Shown here: one piece after another, positions 28,698 through 47,290 of the stretch
How the letters are laid out: every line of letters starts with the position of its first letter
Position numbering within the stretch: the stretch's first letter is position 1
NCBI RefSeq assembly: GCF_009914755.1
Contig: NC_060930.1
Direction: 5' to 3' (one strand)
DNA length: 64,000 bases
From: the human T2T-CHM13v2.0 reference genome, Homo sapiens
Translations under genes and position numbers: made by a program
Notes under the pieces: model-generated
Databases searched by the model: none
What the model was told of the DNA's origin: nothing
Seen by the model: only the letters and a program-made list of their open reading frames with translations

Positions 28698-29193
28698 TGT
28701 GATGACTAAATCTATGTGTCAACTTAACTGGGCCACAGGGTACCAAGATAGTTGGTTCAACATTATTTTGGGTGTGTCTGTGTGGGTGTTTCTGGATGAG
28801 ATTAAATTTAAACCGGTATACTTAATAACACAGATTGCCATTCTCCAGTGTAGGTGGGCCTCATCCAATTTGTTGGAGCCCTGAATAGAACAAAAGGCTG
28901 AGCAAGAGACAAGTCATTCTCTCTCCTTGGCTGTCTTCAAGCTAACACATTTGTCTTCTCCTGCCTTTGAACTCAGACTGGAATTTACACCACTGTTTCC
29001 CCTGATTCTCAGGCTTTCAGAAGCAGACTAGAATTATACCATGGGCTCTCCTGGGTTTCCTGCTTGCAGATTTTGAGACTTCTCAGCCTCCACAATCATG
29101 TGAACCAATTTCTAATAATGAATCCCTGTGACTCTCAATTTATGTATATAAATCCTACTTGTTCTCTTTCTCTGTAGAACTCTGACTAATACA
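28698..29193 (+). mobile_element. MLT2 (ERVL) solo LTR
   Basis: TGTGATGACTAAATCTATGTGTCAACTTAACTGGGCCACAGGG start and ...AGAACTCTGACTAATACA end. Confidence 0.85.
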
Positions 29194-29937
29194 CCTGGTG
29201 TAAGGGAAACTGGAAACAGATGTGTCATAGAAATCAAAAGAAACTGTTTCAAGTAGTAGAGAATGGTCAACTGTGTCTAGTAATGCAGGGAGGTCGGGGA
29301 GATGAGGCCAGAACTCTGTCTATTGGATTTGGTTCCCTGGAGATTATTGGTGGACCTTGCCAAAAATCCACTGAGTGGTTTAGTGGAGAAGAAGCTAGAT
29401 TGGTGTGGGTTGATGAGAGAATGGGAGGGGACAAAGTGGAGACAGGGTGTATGTACGTAATTCTTACAGGAAGTTTGACTCTGGAGGGACTAAAACTGAA
29501 GGGGGCAAGATAGTGCAAGTTGGTTATAGTTTAAGTAGAATAATAATTTAAATAAAATTATTTTTATGAATGAGAGAATGTGGAATATATTTGTGCCTTT
29601 ACTGCATTACTTGTAGCTCTGATGTTGGTTTCATGGCTTGGATCAAGGAGGGCAGCCTAGGTTGACTGAGATTGACTGCCTGGCTAGCTGTGCTGAGAAG
29701 GATCATGAGGCTGTTTGGCAGCAACACTGCTATCCTTACCTTAGATGGAGGCATTGGAAAACAGGTAAATGAAACAGTGATTTTAAAATGATATAATAGT
29801 GTTTAGTGGTTAGATTTCACCCAATTGACTTTTTAAAAGGAAAGTCTCATTTACTGAACAAAAATATGTTGAATAACTATATGTCTGGGAAAATAGTAGG
29901 CACTGTAAGAAGCAAAATAAAAGATGACATTATGTTG

Positions 29938-30241
29938 GGCTGGGTGCAGTGGCTCACACCTGTAATGCCAGCACTTTGGGAGGCTGAGGCAGGTGGACCA
30001 CAAGGTCAGGAGATCGGGACCATCCTAGCTAACATGGTGAAACCCTGTCTCTACTAAAAATACAAAAAATTAGCCGGGCGTGGTGGTACTTGCCTGTGGT
30101 CCCAGCTACTCGGGAGGCTGAGACAGAAGAATTGCTTGAACCCGGAGGTGGAGGTTGCAGTGAGCCGAGATCATGCCACTGTACTCAAGCCTGGGCGACA
30201 GAGTGAGACTCCATCTCAAAATAAAAAAAAAAATAGAAAAA
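29938..30241 (+). mobile_element. AluS (Sc-like)
   Basis: Full dimer; TSD AAAAGATGA(C/T)ATTATGTT on both sides. Confidence 0.95.
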
Positions 30242-30345
30242 AAAAGATGATATTATGTTATCAAGAACTTATAATGAAGTTAGGGAGTTAAGGCATATAC
30301 ACACAACCAAATTATAATTTAATGCCTAAATAACTGGCATAGGAT

Positions 30346-30699
30346 TGCTACACACTGAATATTTATGTCCCCTTCCAAATTCATTTGCCCAATGTGATGG
30401 TGTTCAGAGGTGAGGTCTTTGGGAAGTGATTAGGTCAGGAGGGTGGAGCTCTCATGAATGGAATTAGTGACTTTATAAAAGAAGCCCAAGGGAGCTTACT
30501 CACTCCTTCCACCTTGTGAGGATACAGTGAGAAGATGGCCATCTATGAACCATGAAGGGGGCCAACCCCACACCCAAAATCTACTATCACCTTGATCTTG
30601 GACTTCCCAGCCTCCAGAAAAATAAGAAATAAGTTTCTGTTGTTTTTAAGCTACCCAGTCTACAGTGTTCCATTACAGAAGTCCAAGTGGACTAAGATA
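30346..30699 (+). mobile_element. MLT1A-like solo LTR
   Basis: CTGAATATTTATGTCCCC...TTTGGGAAGTGATTAGGTCAGGAGGGTGGAGC...GGACTTCCCAGCCTCCAGAA...GGACTAAGATA. Confidence 0.85.
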
Positions 30700-31078
30700 A
30701 AGCAAATATGGAACATCGGTCATCACAGAAAGTATATTGGACAGATCTAAATAATGCTTCCTTGTGGAGAACTTTCTTTTGAGATACCAGCTAAGCATGC
30801 ATGCCTTTCATACTCAGAGGTATTTTTAACTTTAAGTTTCATAAAAATTATTTTATGTTCACTAGAAAAGCCCATCTAATCTCAAATCATTCTCTCATTA
30901 GCCTATTACATTCTTACAATTAGTTTTCATTGCTTGGGCTTAAGCCCCTTATATAGCTAAATAAATTCCAAATACTCTAAAAGAGGAATGAGGAAACCAT
31001 CCTATAGGTATTTTAAAAGTTATTTTTTTAAACATGTAAAAAATAAAGAAAGAGTATGGCTGTTTTTAGAGAAGTCTC

Positions 31079-33358
31079 TAATATGATTTGGCTGTGTCCC
31101 CATCCAAATCTCATCTTGAATTGTAGTTCCCATAATCCCCATGTGTCATCGGAGGGACCTGGAGGGAGGTAATTGAATCATCGGGGTGGTTACCTCTATG
31201 CTATTCTTGTGATAGTGAGTGAGTTTTCATGAGATCTGATGTTTTCATAAGGGGCTTTTCCCCCTTTTGCTCGTTGTTCTCCTTGCTGCTGCCATGTGAA
31301 GAAGGACATGTCTGTTTTCCCTCTCACCATGATTGTAAGTTTCCTAAGGCCTCCCCAGCCATGCTGAACTGTGAAACAATTAAACATCTCTCTTTTATAA
31401 ATTACCAGTCTCAGCATGTCTTTATTAGCAGCATGAGAACAAACTAATATAGTAAATTGGTACCAGGAGTGGGGTGCTGCTGTAAAGATACCCAAAAATG
31501 TGGAGGTGAATTTGGAACTGGGTAATAGGCAGAGGTTAAAACAGTTTAGAAGGATCAGAAGAAGATAGGAAAATGTAGGACAGTTTGGAAATCCCTAGAG
31601 ACTTGTTGAATGGCTTTGACAAAAATGCTCATAGTGATATGGACAATAAAGTCCAGGCTGAGGTGTTCTCAGATGGAGATGAGGAACCTGTTGGGAACTG
31701 GAGTAAAGGTCACTCTTGCTATGCAAAGAGACTGGCACCATTTTGGCCCTGCCCTAGAGATCTGTGGAACTTTGAACTTGAAAGAAATGATTTAGGGTAT
31801 CTGGCGGAAAAAATTTCTAAGCGGCAAAGCATTTAAGAGGTGACAGAGCATAAAAGTTTGGAAAATTTGCAGCTTGACAATGCAGTAGAAAAGAAAACCC
31901 ATTTTCTGAGAAAAAATTCAAGCTGGCTGCAGAAATTTTCATACGTAATGAGCAGCCAAGTGTTAATCTCCAAGGCAATGGGAAAAATGTCTCCAGGGCA
32001 TATTAGAGACCTTCACAGCAGTTCCTCCCATGACAGGCCCAGAGGCCTAGGATGGATAAATGGTTTCATGGTCCAGTTCCAGGGTACCCCCTGCTGTGTG
32101 CAGCCTCAGGACCTGGTGCCCTGCATGTGAACCACTACAGCCATGGCTAAAAGGATCCGAGGTATAGCTAGGGACGTGGCTTCAAAGTGTGCAAGCTTCA
32201 AGCCTTGGCAGCTTCCATGTGGTGTTGGTTTTGCAGGTGCACAGAAGACAAGAATTAAGGTTTGAGAACCTCTGCCTAGATTTCAGAGGATGTATGAAAA
32301 TGATTGGATGTCCAGGCATAGGTGTGCTGCAGGGACAGAGCCCTCATGGAGAACTTCTGCTAGGGAAGTGTTGAAGGGAAATGTGAAGTCAGAGTCCCCA
32401 CACAGAGTCCCCACTGGGGAACTGCCTAGTGGAGCTGTGAGAAGAGGGCATTGTCCTCCAGACCCCAGAATGATAGCTCCACTGACAGCTTGCACCATGC
32501 TCCTGGAAAAGCCACATACATGCAATGCCAGCCAATGAAGGCAGCCAGGAGCAGGGCTGCACCCTGCAAAGCCACAGTGGCAGAGCTGTCTAAGGCCATA
32601 TGAGCTCATCTATTGCATCAGCATGACCTGGATGGGAGACATGAAGTCAAAGTAGATCATTTTGGAGCTTTAAGGTTTGACTGCCCTGTTGGATTTCAGA
32701 CATGCATGGGGCCTGTAGCCCCTTTGTTTTGGACAATTTATCCCATTTGGAACTAGTGTATTTACCCAGTGCTTATAACTCCATTGTATCTAGGAAGTAA
32801 CCTAATGATCACCTAATGATTTTACAACCTCTTAGGCAGAAGGGACTTGCCTTGTCTCAGATGAGACTTTGGACTTGGACTTTTCTGTTAATGCTGGAAT
32901 GAGTTAAGACTTTAGGGGACTGTTGGGAAGGCATGATTGTGTTTTGAAATGTGAGAACATGAAATTTGGGAGGAGCTGGGAGCTGAATGATATGATTTGG
33001 CTGTTTCCCCACCTAAATCTCATCTTGAATTATAGTTCCCATAATCCTCACAAGTCGTGGAAGGGACCTGGTGGGAGGTAATTGAATCATGGGGCCAGTT
33101 ACCTCCATGCTGTTCTCATGACAGTGAGTGAGTTTTCATGAGATCTGATGGTTTTATAAGGGGCTTTTCCCCCTTTTGTTCATTCTTCTTGCTGCCACCA
33201 TGTGAAGAAGGATGTGTTTGCTTCCCCTTCCACCATGACTGTAAGTTTCCCGAGGCCTCCCAGCCATTCTGAATTATGAGTCAATATAACCTCTTTCCCT
33301 TATAAATTATCCACTCTTGAGTATGTCTTTATTAGCAGTGTGAGAACAGACTAATACA
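31079..33358 (+). mobile_element. Complete THE1 (THE1C-like) MaLR provirus: LTR 31079-31451, internal 31452-32987, LTR 32988-33358
   Basis: Two ~370-bp direct LTRs, with GTAAATTGGTACC directly after the 5' LTR and ~1.5 kb of THE1 internal sequence. Degenerate 5-bp flanks GTCTC/GCCTT. Confidence 0.95.
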
Positions 33359-35509
33359 GCCTTCTAAGAACTAACTTTTAAGCATCTATCAGAAGTAGGT
33401 AGAGTTAATAAAATATGAAATGTTAATTAGCAATTCTGTAGAAAGAAAATGGGATGACAAAAGAGTCAACATCTTGGAAGGAAAATGAGTGGTCCCAAAG
33501 CCTAAATTTCTGGTCAACAACTGGTTTAGAATAGAGGAACGTGGTTATATACATTCACTCATTTCATCCTGTGAGGTATTTTTTTCATTTTACAGCAGCA
33601 GAAAGGATGTATGAAGAGGTTCACTATAACTTGCTCAACATAATGTAGCTACATCTTTTGACTAATTGCAGTATGCTTCTCACGTGCTTTACCCAACTCT
33701 CTATGGAAACACAAGCATCTCAGGAATTTACTGGTTGAGTGATGGACTGGATCAATTAATTGAATTTTGATTCATAAGCTATTATGGTTTAAGGGTATTC
33801 TCTTTTTACCATGGTTTGAAGGTGGGTGGCACTCAAATTTTGGTGTATGATCAACATTTGAGCAAACTGGTAAAATTCAAGCATTTTACCCTATATTACC
33901 AAATTAGTCCTGTCTAAAATCTACTCTGGAACAGCAATCAGGTTGATTTTGTTATTATCATCTAATGAGATATATATTTAGGAATTTCCCCCATATTTGC
34001 AGCCTGACCTCTTCCTACCCTACGAAATACCTTCAATCTTAAACCACCAAACATACTTCAAAATATATAAAAACCACATCCTTGGGGCACCAGAAGCTTG
34101 GGCCTGTTGGTGGCGTATTAAAACACCCTCACACTGCATAGCGCCACAGGGAATATGAGCAAATCTGAGAACTAATGAAGCTGACCTGTATGCTAGCTTT
34201 TGGAAAAACTTTTTTTTAAGTTTTCAGGCAACGTGATTTAGGATTCTTAATGAGTTAGGTTGCTGCCAGCAAAATATTTGGCTTCATTTTATAAGGGAAT
34301 ACACTTCAGTTCATATGTAGATGATGTCATCTCACATGAGAGTTCTCTAATTATTAATACATATGTTCTCCCTATTTGTAAGCACTAATGGTGTGATAGT
34401 AAAAATCCTGCCAAAATTTTATTATGGCCATGAGTAACTTGCCTTCCCAGATGTATTATACATGGAAATATGTTGGGAATTAATATTTCTGGTAGGTTTC
34501 AGCAATAAGAAGCCTGGATTTCATTCCTGGGAGGTTGGGTAAAGAACATTGTATAACTGGAATGTGTTAGGTGTAATGCTGCCTGTCTATAAAAGAAACT
34601 GGATGAAGGAAGAAGGAGAAATTTTTTTTTCCTTTAAAAAAATATTTCCACAACCCTATGTCTCTAGTACCTATACCCAGGAGCTACCTAAAGTCAAAAT
34701 CTTCCACTAATTGGAAAAGAAGACATTGAATTTTTTATATGGTTAGACTAAGAATTAGGGAGCATAATGGGTATTAGTTGTACATTTCACAGTAGAGTAT
34801 AATGTGAAATGGTGTTTTCTCAGTGCAGGGTATTATATTCTCATCAAGATATTTTTAAACCATCAACCATTCCTCTTCTGGCAGATTTTGTAGTTTGTGT
34901 CTCTGCTTACCTGAGATAAAAACTCCATTAAGGGGATTTCTGTGTCAATGATATGGCTTTTCTTGTCATTTCAAATGAAACTAGCTTCTTCTCAATTTTT
35001 ATACCCATGCTTCAGTGTCAGGGAAGCTGCTCATTTATTGCTTCCAGGCAGAGAAAAAAATGAAAATTGTTTTTGATGACTTAGAAGAATTCTTCCCTGG
35101 AACCTCCAGTCTTAGGAGATGCTTTTGATTCCTATTGTCTGAGAGATTTGAGATTCTCTAACTTGAGCTTTTTTTTTCCCCATTCTAGTCACCTTGAAAT
35201 GCCCAGTTTTAACAGTGACAACCATTCTTTCTTTTCTCCTTCTCAAGTTAGGCTTGTTTCCTTTTCTCTAAGGGTCCATAATACACCTTCTTCCTGACTG
35301 GGTCTCTCTCACTCCTTAATTTCTCTAGGTCATTTTCTTCTAACAGACATTAATGCAGTATTCTCCTGCAGCTTTTCCTTTGACTCTCTTCTCTCTTTTC
35401 TCGCCCTCTTTAAGGATCTCTTATCTCTTGGTTTATCTCTTTACCTCACTCATGTGAAGGTGGCTTCCATAGGTATTGCTTTCATTCAAGATATTCTTCT
35501 ACATTTCCT

Positions 35510-38250
35510 TAAATAAAACCTGCTTATAAGAAAATTTCATATGTATATAAAGAATAATACCATGAATCTCCACATTCCTGTCATCTAGCTTGTCAATATT
35601 TTGCCAGTTTGGTTTTACATATAGCAGATCCAAGTTCAATTATATTAGGAAGGAATATATCATACACAGATAGTGCTGTGTATTTTCTCATGAGTCACAT
35701 AATTAGGCACATAATAACTTGTCTTATGTTATTAATGCTAATATTGATCGTTGGGTTCTGTTTACACCAATCTGATCTATTCATTGTCAAGTTCACCATC
35801 AACCTAGTGATTTTGGCACTCTTTGATAATCCTTATTTAAATCCACTATTTCATTAGGGGTTAAAAATCCTTATTATATTATTTTGTCTTCATTTACTTG
35901 GAATTTTATAAGAATTTTCCTTGATCAACTGTTTAGTTACCCTGAAATACAGTTCATACAAGAAAGACAGTATACATATTTGATTTGTTTGCTTTATTTA
36001 TGAATTTTCAAAATAATTAGTTGATGCCTTGGCAAACTTCAATACTGATGAGCGAAATTTTTAATTTTGTTTTATTTTCTGAAGGGGTCCATGTCATTAC
36101 ATTCTCATAATTCTTAAAAAATATGTGATATCATTCATTTCTTTGTGGTCATTCTTTTTTTATTATTTTATTTTTTTATTTTTTTATTTTTTATTTTGAC
36201 AGGGTCTTACTGTTGCCCAGGCTGGAGTATGGTGGCATGATCACCGCTCACTGCAGCAGCCTCTATCTCCTGAGTTCAAGTGATCTTCCCACATCAGTCT
36301 CCTGAGTAGCTGGGACTACAGGCATGCACCACTATGCCTGGGTAATTTTTGTATTTTTTGCAGAGAAGGGGTTTTTCCATGTTGCCCAGGCTGGTCTCGA
36401 ACTCTTGATATCAAGGGATCCACTCACCTTGCCTCCCAAACTATTGAGATTACAGGTGTGAGCCACTGCAACCAGCCTTGCAGTCATTAATCTTTATGCT
36501 GCTCATATTATTGCAGATTAGGCTGTGGGATCCTCTCTTAAAATGGGCTTTTGTGCCCCTTTGACATGATCCCATATGTTTGTGCTAGCTTTCTAGCATG
36601 ATGGTATATGCTGAACAAATCCAGTATATTTCCTGATCAGACCCGGAAGCAATTTTTATCAAGGAGTCCTGGTTTCCTTGAGAGAGAACTGGTATTTAGA
36701 GACCATAATGTGAGCTGTAGGAGTGTTTCTTTCTACTGCGTCATTACTTCTGCGTTTTCGATGGAAAGAACTAGAAAATACCCTCCTTCTTTTAGAGAGA
36801 ATAAAATATGGGTTATACTGATATTTCCAATTTAAATATAAGATTACATGATTGCTACTCAAATTCTTGGATTTGATACTTGAATCTCTTCTCTTATTCT
36901 AAAAATCTTGAATTCTAATAAAATCAATATAATTAATTATTTTCTTTATCATGGAAAGCATCTATAATGATTTGAAAATAATTTCAAAATTTTGTTAACA
37001 AGTCTACAGAATCTTTCAAATTTTGTTGCAGTTATTTTGGATCTTGGAATATATTCCATTAGAGATTTGCTGTTAAGGTACTATGTTTTAAAAGCTCATG
37101 AAGTAATTTATTTCCCTGTTTGATTGTGCTGTTAAGGTCATATGCAGTAGGTTCATTTTCTGTGGTCTGGTTTTGATTTTTAAAAATCACTTTTAAATTA
37201 TTATTTAAATTACGTAAATTAAAAATGTATATGGCTCCAGTCAAAATTATGTGCATAAATTCAGAAAAGTTTGCTTTCATTCCTGTCTTATCCTCCTTTC
37301 ATTGGTAAACATATCTTAGCCTTATTCTTCCATTAAATCATTGTGAAAATATTAAAAACTACGTATGAAAATTTGATTCTCTCTTTTCTTATACAAAAGT
37401 TAGAAAACTATTAATATTGTTCTCCACTTGTATTTTTCACTTAATATATCCTAGAAATTACCAGCATATAGATGTCTTCCTTGTCCCTTTTTACCATTGC
37501 ATAGTACTCCCTTGAGTGAACATGAATAACATAGTTAATTTAACAAGATTGTTGTAAGACTGCTATTGCTGGACATTTGGCTCTTTCTTTTCTATGATGA
37601 ACAACACTTTCATGCATAGCTTATATATATAAAATTTTCCCCCACTTAATCTTTGAGATAGAGTCCTAGAAGTGGGATTACTGGGTCAATGGAAAATAAA
37701 TACACATGTAATTTGGTTATATTTTATCAAATTTTCCTTCATGTGTGTTATGTAATTTTGCATTTCTACCAACAATACATGGCAGTACTTGTTTATCCAC
37801 AGTTTTATCAATGAGAAGTATGGATTTTTTGCTAATTTGATCAGTGGAAAGTAGTTTCTTAGTGAGTCAACATTTATATCTGTCTTATCATGAGTGAGGC
37901 TAAATATTGTTTTCTGTGTTTAAAGGCCAGTTGAATTAATTTTTCTGTAAACTGTCCATTTATATTTTTAATCATACTTCTTGTGTGAATTCTTTTTAAA
38001 AAGAAGTTCTCAATTTTTAAAAGTTCTGCATGTATTAAATGATATTAGTCTTATCTATAAGTTGCCAAAATATTATATTCAATCTTCTATTTGTCGTGAG
38101 ACTTTGTTTATGGTGTCTCTTGTTATTCAAAACTCTTCATGATTAGATTTTCAGATTTCTTAATATTTTAAGTTGTTCCTGGATTTTTAATTAACTGTAT
38201 GACTTACCAGTATTGGTTTCATTTTGTTTTACATGGAGATCTCTGATTCC
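35510..38250 (-). mobile_element. Fragments of old L1M (L1MC/ME-type) 3' region
   Basis: Degenerate L1 3' sequence (e.g. CCTAGAAGTGGGATTACTGGGTCAATGG, TTTTGCATTTCTACCAACAAT); boundaries approximate. Confidence 0.6.
36155..36477 (-). mobile_element. AluJ-like element
   Basis: Reverse-complement full dimer; TSD TTGTGGTCATT / TTGCAGTCATT, consistent with CpG decay of TTGCGGTCATT. Confidence 0.93.
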
Positions 38251-38370
38251 TTTCATTTCTGCATTTCTAATTCAAAATCAATATGCCAAAAAAAAATTTC
38301 TCCTCTTCCCCTTCTCTCTAGACTCACTTTCTTCTGTTTACTTCCTTATTTCTATTAATAGTTCCACCTG

Positions 38371-38691
<321 letters not shown>

Positions 38692-40439
38692 TCACTTGGG
38701 TCTAAAATCTCCAAGTCATTCTAGGTTTCTTACATGCCTTTTACATTCTCAAATAGATTTCTTAAAAATCTGTTTGTGATCTTCTCATCCAGTAGAGGAG
38801 AATTCCATTCAATATTGTTAAGATTATAGAAAAAAAGTTATAAAACGCAGACTGAATTGACATTAGATATTGAGCCTATTTTGGCTTAAAAGTACAATAA
38901 ATCAAATATAGTACTTATTAGTCATTGAAACCAGTAATATATCCTGGAAGAATATTTTGATTTTTCTTAAGTTTTATAAATTAATTGAGCCAATAATTAT
39001 TTTACTTCATTCTCTGAGTGAGTCTTAGAAAAAGATAAATCAATGAGAAATAACCCTCTTTTTAAAGAACCAGCTTTAGGTAAGATGGACAACTCATGAC
39101 TGTGCCTGCTTCCAATAAGCAGTTAACTCAGAACAGGGCAACTGAGTAATTATATCTTCTTTGTGCTAAGGCCGAACATCCCTTAGAAAAATGGCTCAAC
39201 AGTCACCAAATTATAGTTCAGAGAAGTCATCAGCATCAAACTGCTTAATAGATACATTGTTTTGCAGAAGAACACCAAAGGAACAAGATATCTTACACCA
39301 AGAATAAGTGAACAGAGGCTTGCTGATTGGTGCTGCTTCTGTATTTTTCTCTTTTTCTTATAGTGTCACTCAATAAATAGGCTTACTTAAAAAAAAGTGT
39401 TTGATATTTTGAAGTTAAGTGTGGGATGCCTGTGGCCAATTCATATATGCTATTGCTTAATTTCTAAAATAAATCCAGGTGTTCAATGTCATTTGGTAAC
39501 TTTAATTTTCAAGGCAAAATAAAGCTTGCAGAGAGCAGATATTAGAATGTTGTTAGTGGTTCATGTAGATGATAAAATTTGTTGTCAACAAGACCAGAAT
39601 TTCACTTTCATGAGTTTTCGAGGTAGTTCACACAGTTCTAGGGTTACTGATGCGCTAAAAATTATGAGCAGACTTACCAGTGGGTTATCAAGGAAGTGTG
39701 AATTTTTTTTTTCATTTTAAAAGAGCAACTGAAACAGAGTTTTAAATTTTAGTTTAGCATCTTTACATTTAAAAGAAAACTTTTAACTGTTGTCAGCAGT
39801 TGCTGAGAGTAAAGATGGGTTTAAAGAATGGAAAAAAAGAGAATAGTACTGATAAGACTAGATAGCAAACTGCTTAATCACTGATGTCTAGGCATAAAGT
39901 TAAAAAATCTTATACTAAAAAATTTGTAATTTAAAGTGGCCATTGTTCAGAAAACTTATAAAATAAAAAGTTTATTTGTGTAATTTCATAAATAATGTTA
40001 AAAAATAAATACCCAAAAGTACAAGGACATAATGTTAATAAAATTATATAGGCACACTATTGATAGCATTGCTAACTATAGCACTGCCTAGCATTGCCTG
40101 ACTCTCAATTTCTGTCCATTATTCTACTCCAGATAATTTTGTGCCAGGCAGTGCTGTAGTAATTTGCACATAATTTGGGGCTGACAAGTTATGTGCATAG
40201 AATCAATGTTAGTCCTGGCACTACACTGTGATTGATGAGGAATCAGTGACGCAGTCTTCCCAATCGGCTAGACCAGATAGAGGGCTTCTTTTCACTTTGT
40301 TTGTGTGTTATTATATATCAGACATCAGTTTATACACATTATGTAATACAAATAAAACCAGAGTAGGACATTCATGAGTTATATTATTCGAACTTGCATA
40401 ACAGACCTTGTGTATGAAGGAAAACAGAGTCTAAAAATA

Positions 40440-41583
40440 GAACTAAAGCACTTTTGTTCCCAGAATTGTTTTTCCATCAATATAGCAAATTAGATACCTT
40501 GATGACTCTCCTGACTAAAACAGGTACAATTCTGGATAAAATATGTTTTGAAAAGCTTTTTAAGTACACTGATGAAAAGGAAGAAAGACGGAGAGGCAAA
40601 AACGAAGTTAAACAGAAATTTTGGGGGCCAAGCAAATGTTAATGCTGGCATTTGCTCTGGGGTTATCTACACTGAGACCTTGAACTTTCCTTTTGAAGGC
40701 TGTACAAGCAAAGGGGATGGATATGAAGCCTCAAGAGTATATACGATGGAGAATCTGACAGGAGACTCATTTGAAGCTGCGACTCCAGAGAATTACAGTC
40801 TTTACCTTAGTAGAGGAAAGCAAGAAGACTTAACTATTTTTACTCTGATGTGAGCTGGAGGAAAAAATAATCTCACCTGAGAATTTATAACTAAATTTAT
40901 CCTTAAAAAAGATACATCATCTTGATTCATTCTATCTATGTGGTCTAAAAAACTTCAAGCAGCAAATTTAGTTTGGTCCATGTTTGAAAGTGACCCCAAG
41001 TTAGTGACACAAGCAAATATAAAACCCCTCTGGAGAAACTTAACTTCAACCCAGGCCTCAAAGTATTCTCACAGAAATAATTCTAAGGAAAATGAACAGG
41101 CTCGAGGTAGAAAATCCCAAAGCACACGAGGTCCTGTGAGAACAAGTGAGATGAAACATGAAAACAGACCTGCAAGTACTTCTGGTATTATCAGAAACTG
41201 AATTGTAAATGAAGTATGAAATATGGAACTATGGAATATGCCTAAATAAACTGAAAATCTACTTGCCCTTTGGGCAAACAAGAGATAACAAAAAGTAACC
41301 TAACACCTTGGAAACATAATCAAATAGAACTTCTAGAAATCAAAAATGTACAAACAAAATTTAAAATTTTATGGATGAATTAAATAGCAGATTGGATACA
41401 CTGAAGAGGAACTCAGTGAACTGGAATATAGGTCTGAAAAAATTTGGTATACTGATCCAAAAAGGCAAGATGAAAGAAATGAAGGCAGATTAACTCCTAC
41501 GCTTATGAAGGATAAGAGTGACTCATATATTCTATATATAAATCTATGTAAAAATCTATAAATCTATAATATCTCTATCTATC

Positions 41584-41630
<47 letters not shown>

Positions 41631-42200
41631 ATCTATCTTCCAGAGGTAATTAAAAGAAATAAAATGGAGGAGGCCATGTGTAAGAAATAATGGAGGATAA
41701 TTTACCAAAATTGTTGAAAAGTACAAAGGCACAATTCTTCAGATGTAGAGAACCCAATGAATTACTTACAGAAACAAAAAATCAACACACAGACACACCA
41801 TCATGAAATAGCTGAATATCAACAAAAAATATATATATTTAAAGCAGACAGAGAAAACTACAGACCTCCTACAGAGGAACAAAAATCACACTGATTTCTG
41901 ACTTCTCAAAGGCAACAATGGAAGCCGGAAGAAAGCAGAATAACATCTTCCACATTGCAAGAGAAAATCACTGCCAATTTAGTATTATATCCCCAGGAAA
42001 GCTTTCTTCATTAATGAGGATGAAATAAAGACTTTTCAGAGCTGAACAAAAGCTGGTGAATTTATCATCAGAGGATGCTAGAGGAATTCTAAAGGACGAC
42101 TTCAACAAGAAGGAAGATATATCTAGGTTGAGTGTTTAAAATAAATGTATGAAAGATGAATAAATATATTAATGCATACATGGGTAAGTATAAACAAACA
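40440..42200 (+). mobile_element. Old L1M 5'/ORF1 region
   Basis: Degenerate ORF1-like sequence (AATCAAATAGAACTTCTAGAAAT...GACTTCTCAAAGGCAACAATGGAAGCCGGAAG...GAAATAAAGACTTTTCAGA). It probably continues as the ORF2 start at ~60910-61400. Confidence 0.65.
41573..41637. repeat. (TATC)n / GATA tetranucleotide STR
   Basis: About 11 perfect TATC units with variant flanks. Confidence 0.95.
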
Positions 42201-42324
42201 TGAAATGTATAATAGTAATGATAATAGTGATATTTAATATGTAAAATACTGGACCCTAATAACATAAGTTCTTTATGTATCTAAAATTATTTCAAATAAA
42301 AAGCTTATTAAAAAACATAACTAA

Positions 42325-46803
<4,479 letters not shown>

Positions 46804-46982
46804 ACCAGTGGGTCAATGAAGAAATTAAGAAGGAAACTGAAAAATTTCTTGAAACAAATGGTAATGCAAACACAACATACCAAAACCTACAGGATACAGC
46901 AAAAGCAGTGCTAAAAATTTCATAGCTATAAGTACCTACATCAAAAAAGAGAAAAAACTTTAAATAAACAATCTAAAGATGG

Positions 46983-47290
46983 TTTTTTCTTTTTTTAATT
47001 TTTCCTGAGAGACAGAGTTTTGCTCTTGTTGCCCAGGGTGGAGTGAAATGGTGCAATCTTGGCTCACTGCAACCTCCGCCTCCTGGGTTCAAGTGATTCT
47101 CCTGCCTCAGCCTTCCCAGTAGCTGGGATTACAGGCATGTACCACCACGCCCAGCTGATTTTGTATTTTTAGTAGAGATGGAATTTCTCCATGTAGGTCA
47201 GGCTGGTCTTAAATTCCTGACCTCAGGTGATCTGCCCACCTCAGCCTCCCAAAGTGCTGGGATTACAGGCGTGAACCACCATGCCCAGCC
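46983..47290 (-). mobile_element. AluS (Sp/Sq-like) in L1-B
   Basis: Reverse-complement dimer; degenerate TSD AGATGGTTTT / AGATGCTTCT. Confidence 0.95.
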
